From assembly GCA_017501245.1 (NCBI GenBank), contig JAFVXI010000030.1, positions 7,821 to 71,820 on the forward strand: a DNA stretch of 64,000 bases. Reading direction: 5' to 3'. Positions 51,374 through 61,259 of the stretch are shown in pieces. Made by a program: the position numbers and the translations under genes. The notes under the pieces were generated by a model that did no database searches, was not told the origin of the DNA, and was given only the letters and a program-made list of their open reading frames with translations. Position 1 is the first letter of the stretch. The number at the start of each line of letters is the position of its first letter. This DNA is from Clostridia bacterium (GTDB lineage Bacteria > Bacillota > Clostridia > Oscillospirales > CAG-272).

Positions 51374-51468
51374 AAACTTAACCCGTGGCAGAAATAAAAA
51401 AAGCTCTGCCTACGTCCGGCGGGGCGACGCACGCCCCCGGACACCAAGCTAAAGGAGCAATATAGAAA

Positions 51469-52041
51469 ATGGAAGCTTTACCGATAAAAAAACTGAGAAA
51501 AGAAAGAGGTCTGACCCTCGCCGCCCTCGCAAGGCTGGTCGGCACGAGCAAGCAGACGATACACAGATACGAATGCGGCGTGATAACAAACGTCCCGAGG
51601 GAAAAGCTCGAGCGCCTCGCCGACGCCCTCGGAGTTACCCCCAGCGAGCTGCTGGGCTGGTCGGGCGGCGAGCGCCTGCCCGTGCTTGGGCGCATCTCCT
51701 GCGGCGTGCCGAGCTTCGCCCTTGAGGAGAGGGAGGAGCTGTCCTTTGGCGGTGCTGATTTCTGCCTTATTGCCAAGGGCGACTCAATGACGGGGGCAAG
51801 GATCCTCGACGGCGACGCCGTGTATATCAGGAGCCAGCCCACCGTCGGCCGGGGCGACATCGCCGCAGTCATCATAGGCGACGAGGCAACGCTCAAGAGG
51901 GTGTATTATTATCCGGAGGAGGAAAGGCTCATCCTCTCGGCAGAAAACCCCGCCTATCCCCCGATAGTCCTCTCGGGCAGCGAGCTTGCCTCGGTCAGGA
52001 TCCTCGGCAAGGCCGTCGCCTTCAAAAGCCGCCTGGGTTAG
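51469..52041 (+). CDS. XRE-HTH plus peptidase S24 (LexA/CI-like) self-cleaving repressor
   Basis: N-terminal HTH, LGRISCG cleavage loop, GDSM catalytic Ser, ATLKR catalytic Lys, AENPAY. Confidence 0.9.
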   Translation: MEALPIKKLRKERGLTLAALARLVGTSKQTIHRYECGVITNVPREKLERLADALGVTPSELLGWSGGERLPVLGRISCGVPSFALEEREELSFGGADFCLIAKGDSMTGARILDGDAVYIRSQPTVGRGDIAAVIIGDEATLKRVYYYPEEERLILSAENPAYPPIVLSGSELASVRILGKAVAFKSRLG

Positions 52042-52050
52042 ACAGCCGTG

Positions 52051-52079
52051 TTGACAAGTGGAGGGAATGGTGCTATAAT
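52051..52079 (+). promoter_or_regulatory. Consensus SigA promoter with extended -10
   Basis: TTGACA-N17-TATAAT, with TG one base before the -10. Confidence 0.8.
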
Positions 52080-52178
52080 GAGGTTAAAATTTAAATATTT
52101 AAAAATAATTCGGGGCTTCCGTGGCTGACGCCGACGGGCTCCGAGACCGGCAAAAATAACAAAGAAAAGGGAAGAAAG

Positions 52179-55100
52179 ATGAAAAAAAGCATTTTGAGAA
52201 TTCTGATAGCGGCCCTTATACTGTCCTTAGCGCTGATTGCGCTCTCGTCCTGCGATATACTGTCCTCCATTCTTGGTGGCGGTCCGGACGACGGCGTGCA
52301 CGAGCATAGCTTTGGCGAGTGGGAGATCACGAGAGAGCCGAGCTGCACCGAGGTGGGCGAAAAGACCCGCACCTGCTCGGGCTGTGAGGAGACCGAGACG
52401 ATGAAGATCCCCGTGATCGATCACACCCTTGGCGAATATATCTCCGACGGCAACGCAACCTGCACCTCCGACGGCACCAAGACCGCCCACTGCACGCAAA
52501 AGAACTGCCCATACGAGGAAACCGTCCTAGACGAGGGCTCTAAGCTTCCGCACAGCGGCGGCATCGTCACCTGCGTAACCAAGGCAAACTGTGACGTCTG
52601 CGGCGAGCCCTACGGCGAGCTCGATCCCGACGCTCACGCCTCCAACGGAACAAAGCTCGTTTCCACGGGTGCGGAAAAGCACGAGGAGAGATATCTCTGC
52701 TGCGGCGCAGTAAAGGCTGAGGCGGCGCACGAGTGGGGCGAGCCCACTCTCGACGAGGCCGAGAGCGTTAACGTCTATAAGTGCGAGTGCGGAGAGGAAA
52801 AGAAGGTAGCTCTTGAGGGCCACCGCCACTCCGTCAGCTTCACCGCCGCAAAGGCGGCAACCTGCACCGAGGCAGGAAACATCGCATACTACCTCTGCTC
52901 GAGCTGTGGCAAGGCGTACACCGACGAGGCACTCACCGCTGAGGTCGCCCTCGCTGACACGGTCATAGCTGCGGCACACAGCTCCGTCAGCTTCATCGCC
53001 GCAAAGGCGGCAACCTGCACCGAGGCAGGAAACATAGCATACTACCTCTGCTCGGGCTGTGGCAAGGCGTACACCGACGAGGCACTAACCGCCGAGGTTG
53101 CCCTCGCCGAAACGGTCATAGCTGCGGCACACAGCTCCGTCAGCTTCATCGCCGCAAAGGCGGCAACCTGCACCGAGGCAGGAAACATAGCATACTATCT
53201 CTGCTCGGGCTGTGGCAAGGCGTACACCGACGAGGCTCTCACCGCTGAGGTCGCCCTCACCGACACGGTCATAGCTGCGGCACACAGCTCCGTCAGCTTC
53301 ATCGCCGCAAAGGCGGCAACCTGCACCGAGGCAGGAAACATAGCATACTACCTCTGCTCGGGCTGTGGCAAGGCGTACACCGACGAGGCTCTCACCGCTG
53401 AGGTTGCCCTCGCTGACACGGTCATAGCTGCGGCACATAGCGGAGAGGCTAACGTCTACGCCCCCGTTGACAGCGACCCCGATCATCACGAGGTCAGATA
53501 CAGCTGCTGCGGCACCCTTTATAAGACCGAGGCGCATAACTACGTCGCAACCTCGGCAAGCGCCGCAGATTGCGATAGCCCCACCGTCGTCACCTTCGAG
53601 TGCTCAGGCTGTAAGAAGTCCGTTTCCGAGACCGACGGCGATCCCCTCGGCCATAGAGTCGTCGTCTGGAGAGCAAACGGCGAGGCTCCGATTTCGGGCG
53701 AGACCTGTAAATTCACCGTAACCTACGTCGGCAGCTGCTCCGTCTGCGGCGAGATCGACACCAAGGAGGAGACGGTAGTAAGGCATAAGACCTCCGCCGT
53801 TATCTCCACTCCCGCAACCTGCACGACCCCCGGCGTTAAGTCCTACACCTGCGCCTTTGGCTGTGACCTCGGTGAGGCGGCGAGAGTCAGCTACACTAAC
53901 GCATCCGCCCACGCATGGGGCGAGCCCACCGAGGAAAATGGCGCCCTCGTCTACACCTGCACGCTCTGCTCCGAGACTAAGAGAACGGTCGTCTTTGAGG
54001 AGAATTCCGCAAGCGTTGGCGTCGGCACTCTGGATGGCACCGAGATCGCCCTTGGCGACATCTCCCTCAGCCTTGACTCCGCCCTCGTCGGCAAGCTTGA
54101 TTCGGCATCCGAGGTCGCTCTCGGAGCAAGAGCTCTTACCGACAGCGAGCTTGAGGCGGCGCTCAGCGGCCTCTCCGAAGCCGAGCGTGCGGCAGTCGTC
54201 GGCGCAGTCTATTCCTTCACTATGACTCAGGGCGGCGCGGGCGTCGTCTTTGACGGTGGCAAGGTTACCGTAACCGTACCCTACACCCTCACGGGTGACG
54301 TCGACGCCGACAGGCTCGCCGTCTGGTATCTCACCTCCGACGGCGCTATTGAGTCCGTCAAGGCTTATTATCACGACAACACCCTCAGCTTCACGGTCAG
54401 CCACTTCTCGGATTACGCTCCCGTAGTGCTTCCCGAGGCTGACGCCTGCGAGATCTACGGTCACAACTTCTCCCGCACGGAATACGGCGCAACCTGCACC
54501 GAGCCCGGCTACACCGTCCTCACCTGCGCACGCTGCGGCGCCGTGGATATGGGCGAGATCATCCTTCCCCTCGGTCATATGCTCTCTGCGGGCGTTGGCA
54601 CCGCTCCCACCTGCTCCGCCCCCGGCAGCTACACCTACTCCTGCGAGAGAGGCGAATGTAAGCACGTCGTCACTATGGAGGTCGCAAGGCTTGAGCATAG
54701 CTACACTACCATAAGCTACGTGGAGGCAACCTGCGAGACCGAAGGCACAACCACCGAAAAATGCTCGGTCTGCGGCTATACGAGAACCAGAACGATCGCT
54801 CCCCACGGCCACTACTTCGGCTCCGCGACCGCCGAATTGAAGCCCGGCGCCACCTCCTGCCTTGACGGCGTTATCATCTACCAGCTCTGCGGCAACTACG
54901 GCTGTAACGCAAAGATCTTCAAGGAGGAGCTTCACGAGCACGTATCCTTTGATAAGTACGTCACCTCCGAGGGCAACTACTTCGAGGGAGAGCGCAAAAA
55001 GATCTATCTTAAGGATTATCTCGACTTCAGCTCTCATCCCTTCTTTGATCCGAATGCCGAGGGCCCCTATTTTGAGGTCCAGGACGGATGTATGTGCGGC

Positions 55101-56921
55101 GCCTTCGTCAGCAACGTATACTTCGCTCCCGACTATTCTATTTTCCAGATGGGCGGCGAGCTTTACGCCTCCAGCCATAGCATGCCTAACCCCGGCGATG
55201 ATTATTTCTACACGGCAAACAGTGAGTACGCCGAGATGGGTCCGATGATGCCATCTCAGATCTATACCGTTGCCCTCAGGGCATACTCGGTCAAGGACAG
55301 CGATTGCACCGTCCGCGGCTACGCCGAGATCTGCATTGGCTACGACCCCTCCACCGGCACGTCGGTGAAGACATTTACCTATCAGCTCGGCGAGAGTAAG
55401 TGGCATTCGAACATCAAAACTACTGCTACCCTCGTCGAGGAGGGTCTCACCTGCTACGAGGCTAGCCTTAAGTATAACTTCGAGGGCATCAAGGTCGTTG
55501 AGACCTGCCTTGACTGCGGCCAGGTCACAAGTGAGAGGTTCGAGTCCGTCAGCTCCTCCGGCTCGCACTACTGGGTCGCAACCGACGAGAAGTATCAGTA
55601 TAACCCCACCTCCACAAGAGGCGGAAATCACACCATAACCTTCACCAAGAGGGTCTGTCCCTGCGGCGAGAGCGACTATTATATCTATAAGCCCAGCTGC
55701 TATTGGGGCAGGATCTACGACGCCACCCTCCCCGACGGAACTGCGGTAAAGATCTATGCCTGCACCTGGGGCTGTAACTTCGCTTACGCCGTCCACGAGC
55801 AGCAGATAACCGCTAACTGCCGCGACACCAAAACCGTCACCTACTACATCAATATTAACGAGGAGACCCTCGAATACGACAAGGCTCTGACCTTTAACGC
55901 ATTTGATTACGATTATCACAGAAAGAGCGAAAGGGTAGAGACCAAGACCCCGACGGGCAACCCCTGCGAATATCTCGTCGAGTATAAGGATATCTGCGTC
56001 GAGTGCGGCGAGGTCTCCCGCTCCGGTAGCTATAAGACCACCTACCACGATATGGAGGAGCTCGTCGTTATCTCCCCCTCGGGCATCACTACTCTTACTA
56101 GCTCCTGCAAAAACGAGGGCTGCTTCACAAGGAGCGAGGAGATCCGTGATGCAAACGGAAGGATATTAAGAGAGTACGGCTCTTACTTCGATTATGCTAA
56201 CGGCGTCGTCGTAACCACCCTTTCGGTCTACGGCTTCGTCACACCCGAGATGTACGAGTGCCTCTTTGAGCGCACCGAGCGCCGCGATCCCGAGAGCGGT
56301 GAGCTTATCAGCTTCTACCAGACCGAAACGAGCATCGTATTCGGCGGTCCCGAAGGCTGCGTCCGCATTCAGAAATCGGTAGGTTCTAACGGCGAGCGCA
56401 GCGAGTATCAGCAGAATATCTGCCGCGAGGGCGAGAGCGTTCACAGCTCCGGAAGCTGCACTCAGCCCGGATTCGACGGCTATCGCTGCACGGTGTGCGA
56501 CCAGATCAGATATTATTGGTTCGATTATCCCTACGGTCACGATCTTCAGTGCTCGGAGATGGACGAATACGGTACTCCCATCGGATATAGCTGTATGAGA
56601 TGCGGCTACTATTCGACCACCGAATGGACGTACACAGACATCGAGGTGCTTTATTCCGAGAATAACTACGTCATCGGCTACTTCAACAAGGGCTATGAGG
56701 GCGGCCTGAAGGGCGAGACCTCGCTTTACGCCTTCATCGACGGCGAGGAGCCCGTCACCCTCTCTGTGGCTCTCACCGACGACGGCAGGTCCAAGCTCTA
56801 CGTCAGCAAGGCTGATGTCGAGGAGGCATTGATCGCCGCTTTGGGCGACGCCTGGCAGAATTACAGCGTATTCTTCTCGCTCACCGTCAACGGCAGTACC
56901 CAGACCCTGAAGCTGGCGTGA
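52179..56921 (+). CDS. Large (1580 aa) Cys/His-repeat surface lipoprotein, paralog of 16585-26949
   Basis: LSSC lipobox, CxxCG repeats, FTVSHFS at 54402-54410, shared C-terminal NYVIGYF. Confidence 0.85.
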   Translation: MKKSILRILIAALILSLALIALSSCDILSSILGGGPDDGVHEHSFGEWEITREPSCTEVGEKTRTCSGCEETETMKIPVIDHTLGEYISDGNATCTSDGTKTAHCTQKNCPYEETVLDEGSKLPHSGGIVTCVTKANCDVCGEPYGELDPDAHASNGTKLVSTGAEKHEERYLCCGAVKAEAAHEWGEPTLDEAESVNVYKCECGEEKKVALEGHRHSVSFTAAKAATCTEAGNIAYYLCSSCGKAYTDEALTAEVALADTVIAAAHSSVSFIAAKAATCTEAGNIAYYLCSGCGKAYTDEALTAEVALAETVIAAAHSSVSFIAAKAATCTEAGNIAYYLCSGCGKAYTDEALTAEVALTDTVIAAAHSSVSFIAAKAATCTEAGNIAYYLCSGCGKAYTDEALTAEVALADTVIAAAHSGEANVYAPVDSDPDHHEVRYSCCGTLYKTEAHNYVATSASAADCDSPTVVTFECSGCKKSVSETDGDPLGHRVVVWRANGEAPISGETCKFTVTYVGSCSVCGEIDTKEETVVRHKTSAVISTPATCTTPGVKSYTCAFGCDLGEAARVSYTNASAHAWGEPTEENGALVYTCTLCSETKRTVVFEENSASVGVGTLDGTEIALGDISLSLDSALVGKLDSASEVALGARALTDSELEAALSGLSEAERAAVVGAVYSFTMTQGGAGVVFDGGKVTVTVPYTLTGDVDADRLAVWYLTSDGAIESVKAYYHDNTLSFTVSHFSDYAPVVLPEADACEIYGHNFSRTEYGATCTEPGYTVLTCARCGAVDMGEIILPLGHMLSAGVGTAPTCSAPGSYTYSCERGECKHVVTMEVARLEHSYTTISYVEATCETEGTTTEKCSVCGYTRTRTIAPHGHYFGSATAELKPGATSCLDGVIIYQLCGNYGCNAKIFKEELHEHVSFDKYVTSEGNYFEGERKKIYLKDYLDFSSHPFFDPNAEGPYFEVQDGCMCGAFVSNVYFAPDYSIFQMGGELYASSHSMPNPGDDYFYTANSEYAEMGPMMPSQIYTVALRAYSVKDSDCTVRGYAEICIGYDPSTGTSVKTFTYQLGESKWHSNIKTTATLVEEGLTCYEASLKYNFEGIKVVETCLDCGQVTSERFESVSSSGSHYWVATDEKYQYNPTSTRGGNHTITFTKRVCPCGESDYYIYKPSCYWGRIYDATLPDGTAVKIYACTWGCNFAYAVHEQQITANCRDTKTVTYYININEETLEYDKALTFNAFDYDYHRKSERVETKTPTGNPCEYLVEYKDICVECGEVSRSGSYKTTYHDMEELVVISPSGITTLTSSCKNEGCFTRSEEIRDANGRILREYGSYFDYANGVVVTTLSVYGFVTPEMYECLFERTERRDPESGELISFYQTETSIVFGGPEGCVRIQKSVGSNGERSEYQQNICREGESVHSSGSCTQPGFDGYRCTVCDQIRYYWFDYPYGHDLQCSEMDEYGTPIGYSCMRCGYYSTTEWTYTDIEVLYSENNYVIGYFNKGYEGGLKGETSLYAFIDGEEPVTLSVALTDDGRSKLYVSKADVEEALIAALGDAWQNYSVFFSLTVNGSTQTLKLA
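52830..53440 (+). repeat. Intragenic tandem repeat, 4 x 153 bp (51 aa), near-identical
   Basis: CCGTCAGCTTCA starts at 52831, 52984, 53137, 53290. Confidence 0.95.
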
Positions 56922-57004
56922 GCGGCGCTGTTCTGTAAAAAAATCTAAAAGCCCTCAGGCGCTAAGCTCGTTTAAGATATCTTTACCGATATCTGCGATT
57001 TAAG

Positions 57005-57042
57005 AAAAAAGGTGCATACGGACGCTTCCGTATGCACCTTTT
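57005..57042. terminator. Bidirectional intrinsic terminator
   Basis: AAAAAAGGTGCATACGGA-CGCT-TCCGTATGCACCTTTT between convergent genes. Confidence 0.88.
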
Positions 57043-57051
57043 ATATTTAAA

Positions 57052-60000
57052 CTAATTAAAATCATTCTTGATGACGGCGCTGCGGCAGATCTCCTTGTAT
57101 CTGCACCACTTGCAGTTTCTGCCGCCCTTGGTCGCAGGGGTCGCACGCAGGTCGCCCGAGGTCATATCGTCGGCGACGCTTCTCGTGACCTCGATCAGGG
57201 TCCTTTCTATCTCGGCCCAGCCCTCGGAGGTGTATCTTAAGGATTCCTTGCGCTTTTCCTCCTTGGGGATGTAGTCGGGGTTCATAGCCGAGAGGCTAAC
57301 CTCGTCGTCAAGCAGCATTCCCTCACGCTGATATAGCTCCTTGACTGCGCCTATCGCCTCCTCGTCAGAGGGGTGTCTGACGGTCGTGTCGTTCACCTTC
57401 GTCTTGACGTATATAACTCCCGCAGGAATGACCCTGCCGCCCTCTCCGACTCCGAGCGCATCAAGGAAGCCCTCTCGCCTCGTGTCGCTGACGGCCTTAA
57501 GGTATAGGAACATCTGGAGGTTTTCGCCTGCCTTCAGCTTGCTCGGCAGGAAGTCTATCGAGCCCGTCTTGTAGTCGACTATACGCACGTAAACGTCCTC
57601 GCCCGACTTAAAGGTGTCAACCCTGTCGATCGTGCCTCGCAGGATTATCCTGCCGCCGCCATCTCTCTTTATCACGAGATGCTCGGGCGCATTCGGGTCT
57701 GCTCCGTCGGTTTTAAGCTCGAAGAATGTCGGCTTGTAGCCGCAGCCCGCCAGCTCCTCGCAGAGCCCGTCGACCACGGGTCTTGTTGCACGTGCGAGCC
57801 TTGAGATGGCAATCCTCGTTCTTGCGCCTGCATCGGAGCCGCCGAGCAGAGCCTTGGCGTAGCTCTCTGCCGCTCTTTCGGTTATCTCACCTCTGTCGCT
57901 CTCGGACAGCAGGGCGGCGTCCGCCCCCCTTCTCTCAAGCTCACGGAAGAACCCTTCGATGACTCCGTGGACGAACGAGCCGATAACGTTCGAGCCAAGC
58001 TCGGCAGGCTCGTTCTCGCCGAGGTGGAGATTATATTTGCAGAAGTAGCTCATCGGGCAGCCGAGGAACTTGGAGATCTTCGTCTCTGAGAGATAAAGGT
58101 CGTTTTTGTATAGCATAGCGAGCGAGTCGCCGTCGAGGGTCAGCTTGTCGTTTCTGATGCTTCCGTCACTCACCGCAACCAGCTCGCCGTAGCCGGCATC
58201 TAGTAGCGCCTGCCTTGCCGCCTCGCCGTCAGCCTCGCCAAGCTCGCCGAGCTTGTCCAGCGTTGCCATCGGACTATACAGCATATCGGTGAGAGGGAGC
58301 GACGAGGCTCTCACGGGCAGAACGCGCTCTCTCGTTATCTCGCCTATCCTGCCTATTACCTCGGAGGGATTTAGGGGGGATAGCATCGGCGTTTTCTCGG
58401 CGTAGAGTATGGTGACGCTCTCTCTTCCGATGCTGAACGCCCTCGAGAAGGAGTAAAGCTCTCTTGCGCTCCTCATCTCAAGCTCGGGCGTAAAGGGCAG
58501 CCCGAGCATAGAGAGCATAGTGCGCTCTCCCTCGCCAAAATAGGAGGAGTCGTCGACCGAGGCGGGGAATTTACCCGCATTCACCCCGAGGAGGTAAACG
58601 TGCTTCTTATCCCTCACCCTCAGCATATCCGCGCATCCGACGGTGATAGCGTCTGAAAAGCTGGGGATCCTTCCGACAGCCGACTCGGCAAGCACGGCGT
58701 TCAGCTGATCGAGGAAGCCCTCGGGGCTGGCTGCCATATCTCCGACCACCTCTACAAGCACGTCAAGCGCATCGCAAAGGATGCCCCACGCTCTTGCGGT
58801 CAGGTCTGCACTCTCTCCGTCACCCGACGCCCTCTCTGCCTCGGCTCTCTTTGCCATCCTCTCCTCAAGCTCAAAGGAGGTGAGGAAGTCGAGCAGGGCT
58901 ATCGCATGCTCCTTTACCGTCGAGGCATCCTTAAGCTTCAGCTCAAGCTCGCATAAGGGCGAGATCAGCCTCTCTCTGACGTCGGCTATCCTGATGAGAA
59001 GCTCGGCGTCCTCGGCATTCGGCTGCTCGTAGCCTCGGGGGTTCATATTCCAGTCTATCCCGTCGGTGAAGCGGCGTCTGTCGATCCCCCACTTCTCGAC
59101 GTAAAGCTCAAAGACGTCGGCGTCGTCACGCCCAATGCCCGAGAGACCGCACTTCAGATAGGTCAGAACGTCCTCGCGGCGATAACCCGTCGCAACGATC
59201 TTGTAGGCCGTGGATATCATCTTCATCAGCGGAATGGAGGAGAGGTCCTGCACCCTCGATATAAAGTGTGGGATCCCCGCCTCGTCGAGCGCAACCTCAA
59301 GTATGCCGGCGTAGTCCTCCGCTCGCCTCATAACTATCGCAAGGTCGGAATATCTTTCGCCCGCCATTATCCTGCGCTTGACGTCAGCCGCAACCAGCGC
59401 ACACTCCTCATAGACCGTCTCAGCGCTGAAAATGCGCAGCCTTCCGCCGTTATCATCTAAATATTGTAAACTATCATTGTCAATACAGCCATCGGAATGC
59501 CAAAGCAAGTCACGAACCTCGGATAGCACCGACTCTCTCGTGCCTCTCACCTCGGCAAATTTCTTCAACTTTTTTTCTACCCCGGCGCCGTCTGCCGACT
59601 GCATCAGCCTCGACCTCGTCCTCGCCGTCTCGGAAAACTCAAAGCCGCCGTGCGTCCTGTCGTGGGTGAGCGCCACCGTCAGCGGTATCTTCTCCATTAT
59701 GAGCGAGATGAGTGCGTGCTGCGGCTCGGTAAAGGAGGTAAAGCCCTCGATGAAGATCTCGGTGTCAAGGAGGAAGGAGGCGTCCTCCCTCAGCATCCTC
59801 GCCAGCGCCTCGGCGTCGCCCTCGTTGTTCTTGTAGCCGCCGCCGATTAGCTCGGTAAAGAGGGTATATATGAGCGACAGATCGGATAGCTTTTCCTTTA
59901 ATCGGTTGTCACCGATCTGTGCTCCTGCCGCCTCGGCGAGCATCTCGGGTGAGATGCCGAGCGCGCCAAGCTCGCTGAGTGCCGCCATAGCACGGCGCAC

Positions 60001-60348
60001 GGCGCCGACTCGCACGCTCCGTCTGCCCCTCATCATATGCAGCTTCGGAGCAAGCTCTGCCAGCGTTCGCCACATAAAGAGCGTCTTTGCCGCACCTCGG
60101 CAGTATTCGCCCGAGATGCCTCCGATCGCGCGGAAGGCGGTGTTTGTAAAGCGCGTGAAGTTCGTAACCTCAAAGCTTAGCGGTGCGGACGGCGGCAAAA
60201 GCTCGCTCATCTCGACCTCGGCTCTGACGGTGTCCTGCTCGGGCACGATGAGGTAGACCTGCCCCGAGCGCTCCATAGCCGCCCTGATCTCCTTGATCAC
60301 CTCGTCGTGCATAGGGGAGGTGAAGCCGCCTTCAAATATCCTTAGCAT
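57052..60348 (-). CDS. addB: AddB/RexB-like helicase-nuclease subunit
   Basis: LIVPEQ, IEGFTSFT, LGVNAGKFP, CPMSYF, GTIDRVD..IVDYKTG, LQMFLY, C-terminal CKWCRYKEIC. Confidence 0.88.
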   Translation of the reverse strand: MLRIFEGGFTSPMHDEVIKEIRAAMERSGQVYLIVPEQDTVRAEVEMSELLPPSAPLSFEVTNFTRFTNTAFRAIGGISGEYCRGAAKTLFMWRTLAELAPKLHMMRGRRSVRVGAVRRAMAALSELGALGISPEMLAEAAGAQIGDNRLKEKLSDLSLIYTLFTELIGGGYKNNEGDAEALARMLREDASFLLDTEIFIEGFTSFTEPQHALISLIMEKIPLTVALTHDRTHGGFEFSETARTRSRLMQSADGAGVEKKLKKFAEVRGTRESVLSEVRDLLWHSDGCIDNDSLQYLDDNGGRLRIFSAETVYEECALVAADVKRRIMAGERYSDLAIVMRRAEDYAGILEVALDEAGIPHFISRVQDLSSIPLMKMISTAYKIVATGYRREDVLTYLKCGLSGIGRDDADVFELYVEKWGIDRRRFTDGIDWNMNPRGYEQPNAEDAELLIRIADVRERLISPLCELELKLKDASTVKEHAIALLDFLTSFELEERMAKRAEAERASGDGESADLTARAWGILCDALDVLVEVVGDMAASPEGFLDQLNAVLAESAVGRIPSFSDAITVGCADMLRVRDKKHVYLLGVNAGKFPASVDDSSYFGEGERTMLSMLGLPFTPELEMRSARELYSFSRAFSIGRESVTILYAEKTPMLSPLNPSEVIGRIGEITRERVLPVRASSLPLTDMLYSPMATLDKLGELGEADGEAARQALLDAGYGELVAVSDGSIRNDKLTLDGDSLAMLYKNDLYLSETKISKFLGCPMSYFCKYNLHLGENEPAELGSNVIGSFVHGVIEGFFRELERRGADAALLSESDRGEITERAAESYAKALLGGSDAGARTRIAISRLARATRPVVDGLCEELAGCGYKPTFFELKTDGADPNAPEHLVIKRDGGGRIILRGTIDRVDTFKSGEDVYVRIVDYKTGSIDFLPSKLKAGENLQMFLYLKAVSDTRREGFLDALGVGEGGRVIPAGVIYVKTKVNDTTVRHPSDEEAIGAVKELYQREGMLLDDEVSLSAMNPDYIPKEEKRKESLRYTSEGWAEIERTLIEVTRSVADDMTSGDLRATPATKGGRNCKWCRYKEICRSAVIKNDFN

Positions 60349-60986
60349 TACTTCTCACCTCCTAAAAATTTCGCATCGATCCTATATCCCAGCTTCCTTG
60401 AGGAGAGGATGACCTTCTCGCCGCCCCTCTCAAGCTTTTCTCTCAGATAATGTATGTAAACGTTGAGGCTTCCGCCGTCGACCCCCTCGCCAAAGGTGCC
60501 GAGTGTCAGCTCCTCCCTCGTGGCAAATTTGCCGCCCTTCGCTATCAGCAAGGACAGAAGCTTATATTCGCTCTCGGTCAGCCTTATGCGCTCGCCGTCA
60601 AGCCTTGCGTGTCTGCCCTCACCCTCAAGGAATAGGCGCTTTGCGCCCCCGTGGGCGTGACCCGTGTCAGATATAAGCGCAAAAAGCTCGGAAAACCTGA
60701 AGGGGTAGGGTAGAGCGTCGGGGCGCCCCGACGCCTCGTCCGACCTATTGAACACGTAGAGCGTAAAGAGGTCTTTCGGCGTCACGCTCTCGCCATCATC
60801 CTTGGGGCTGCCCTCTCTTTTATCGACGATAAGGAGGTCGAGCCCGCCCATCGTGTCGTCCGATGGCGAGCTTATAGTCGTCGCCCTGCCAAGGAGCGCA
60901 AGCTCCAGCTTGCGGATTAGCCTCGTATCACTCGAGCGCAAGCCGATAACGGGCAGCTTTGCCTCTTTGTCGATCAGGTTTTTCAT
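60348..60986 (-). CDS. OmpR/PhoB-type winged-helix regulator with degenerate receiver-like N-terminus
   Basis: LTESEYKLL..TREEL..SLNVYIHYLREKLE..RKLGY; PFRFSEL remnant of the receiver KPF motif. Confidence 0.78.
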   Translation of the reverse strand: MKNLIDKEAKLPVIGLRSSDTRLIRKLELALLGRATTISSPSDDTMGGLDLLIVDKREGSPKDDGESVTPKDLFTLYVFNRSDEASGRPDALPYPFRFSELFALISDTGHAHGGAKRLFLEGEGRHARLDGERIRLTESEYKLLSLLIAKGGKFATREELTLGTFGEGVDGGSLNVYIHYLREKLERGGEKVILSSRKLGYRIDAKFLGGEK

Positions 60987-61259
60987 TCTCCCGTGCCTCC
61001 TTTTTTCTCCGATCTATCCCGTAAAGTGCTCCCTCGTCGCAACCAAGTGACGGGCTTATCAGGACGAGCTTCTAATTTATTAGAATATCACTATTATTAT
61101 ACACGATATATATAGCCTTGTCAATATGGCAGGCTTGGATGTTTAAGGCAAAAATAGCAAGATTTACAATATCTAAGAGCAATATTTGCAATTTTAATGA
61201 CAATGCGTATGTAGTATAATAGACGTGTAAAAATATATATTTTTAAGGAGATTTTCATT

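Noticed and set aside
50532-52041. Intact prophage
   Set aside because: No integrase, replication, packaging or structural genes, and no att repeats seen
52830-53440. Diversity-generating retroelement template/variable repeats
   Set aside because: Differences are few, mostly synonymous and not adenine-specific; no reverse transcriptase in the window
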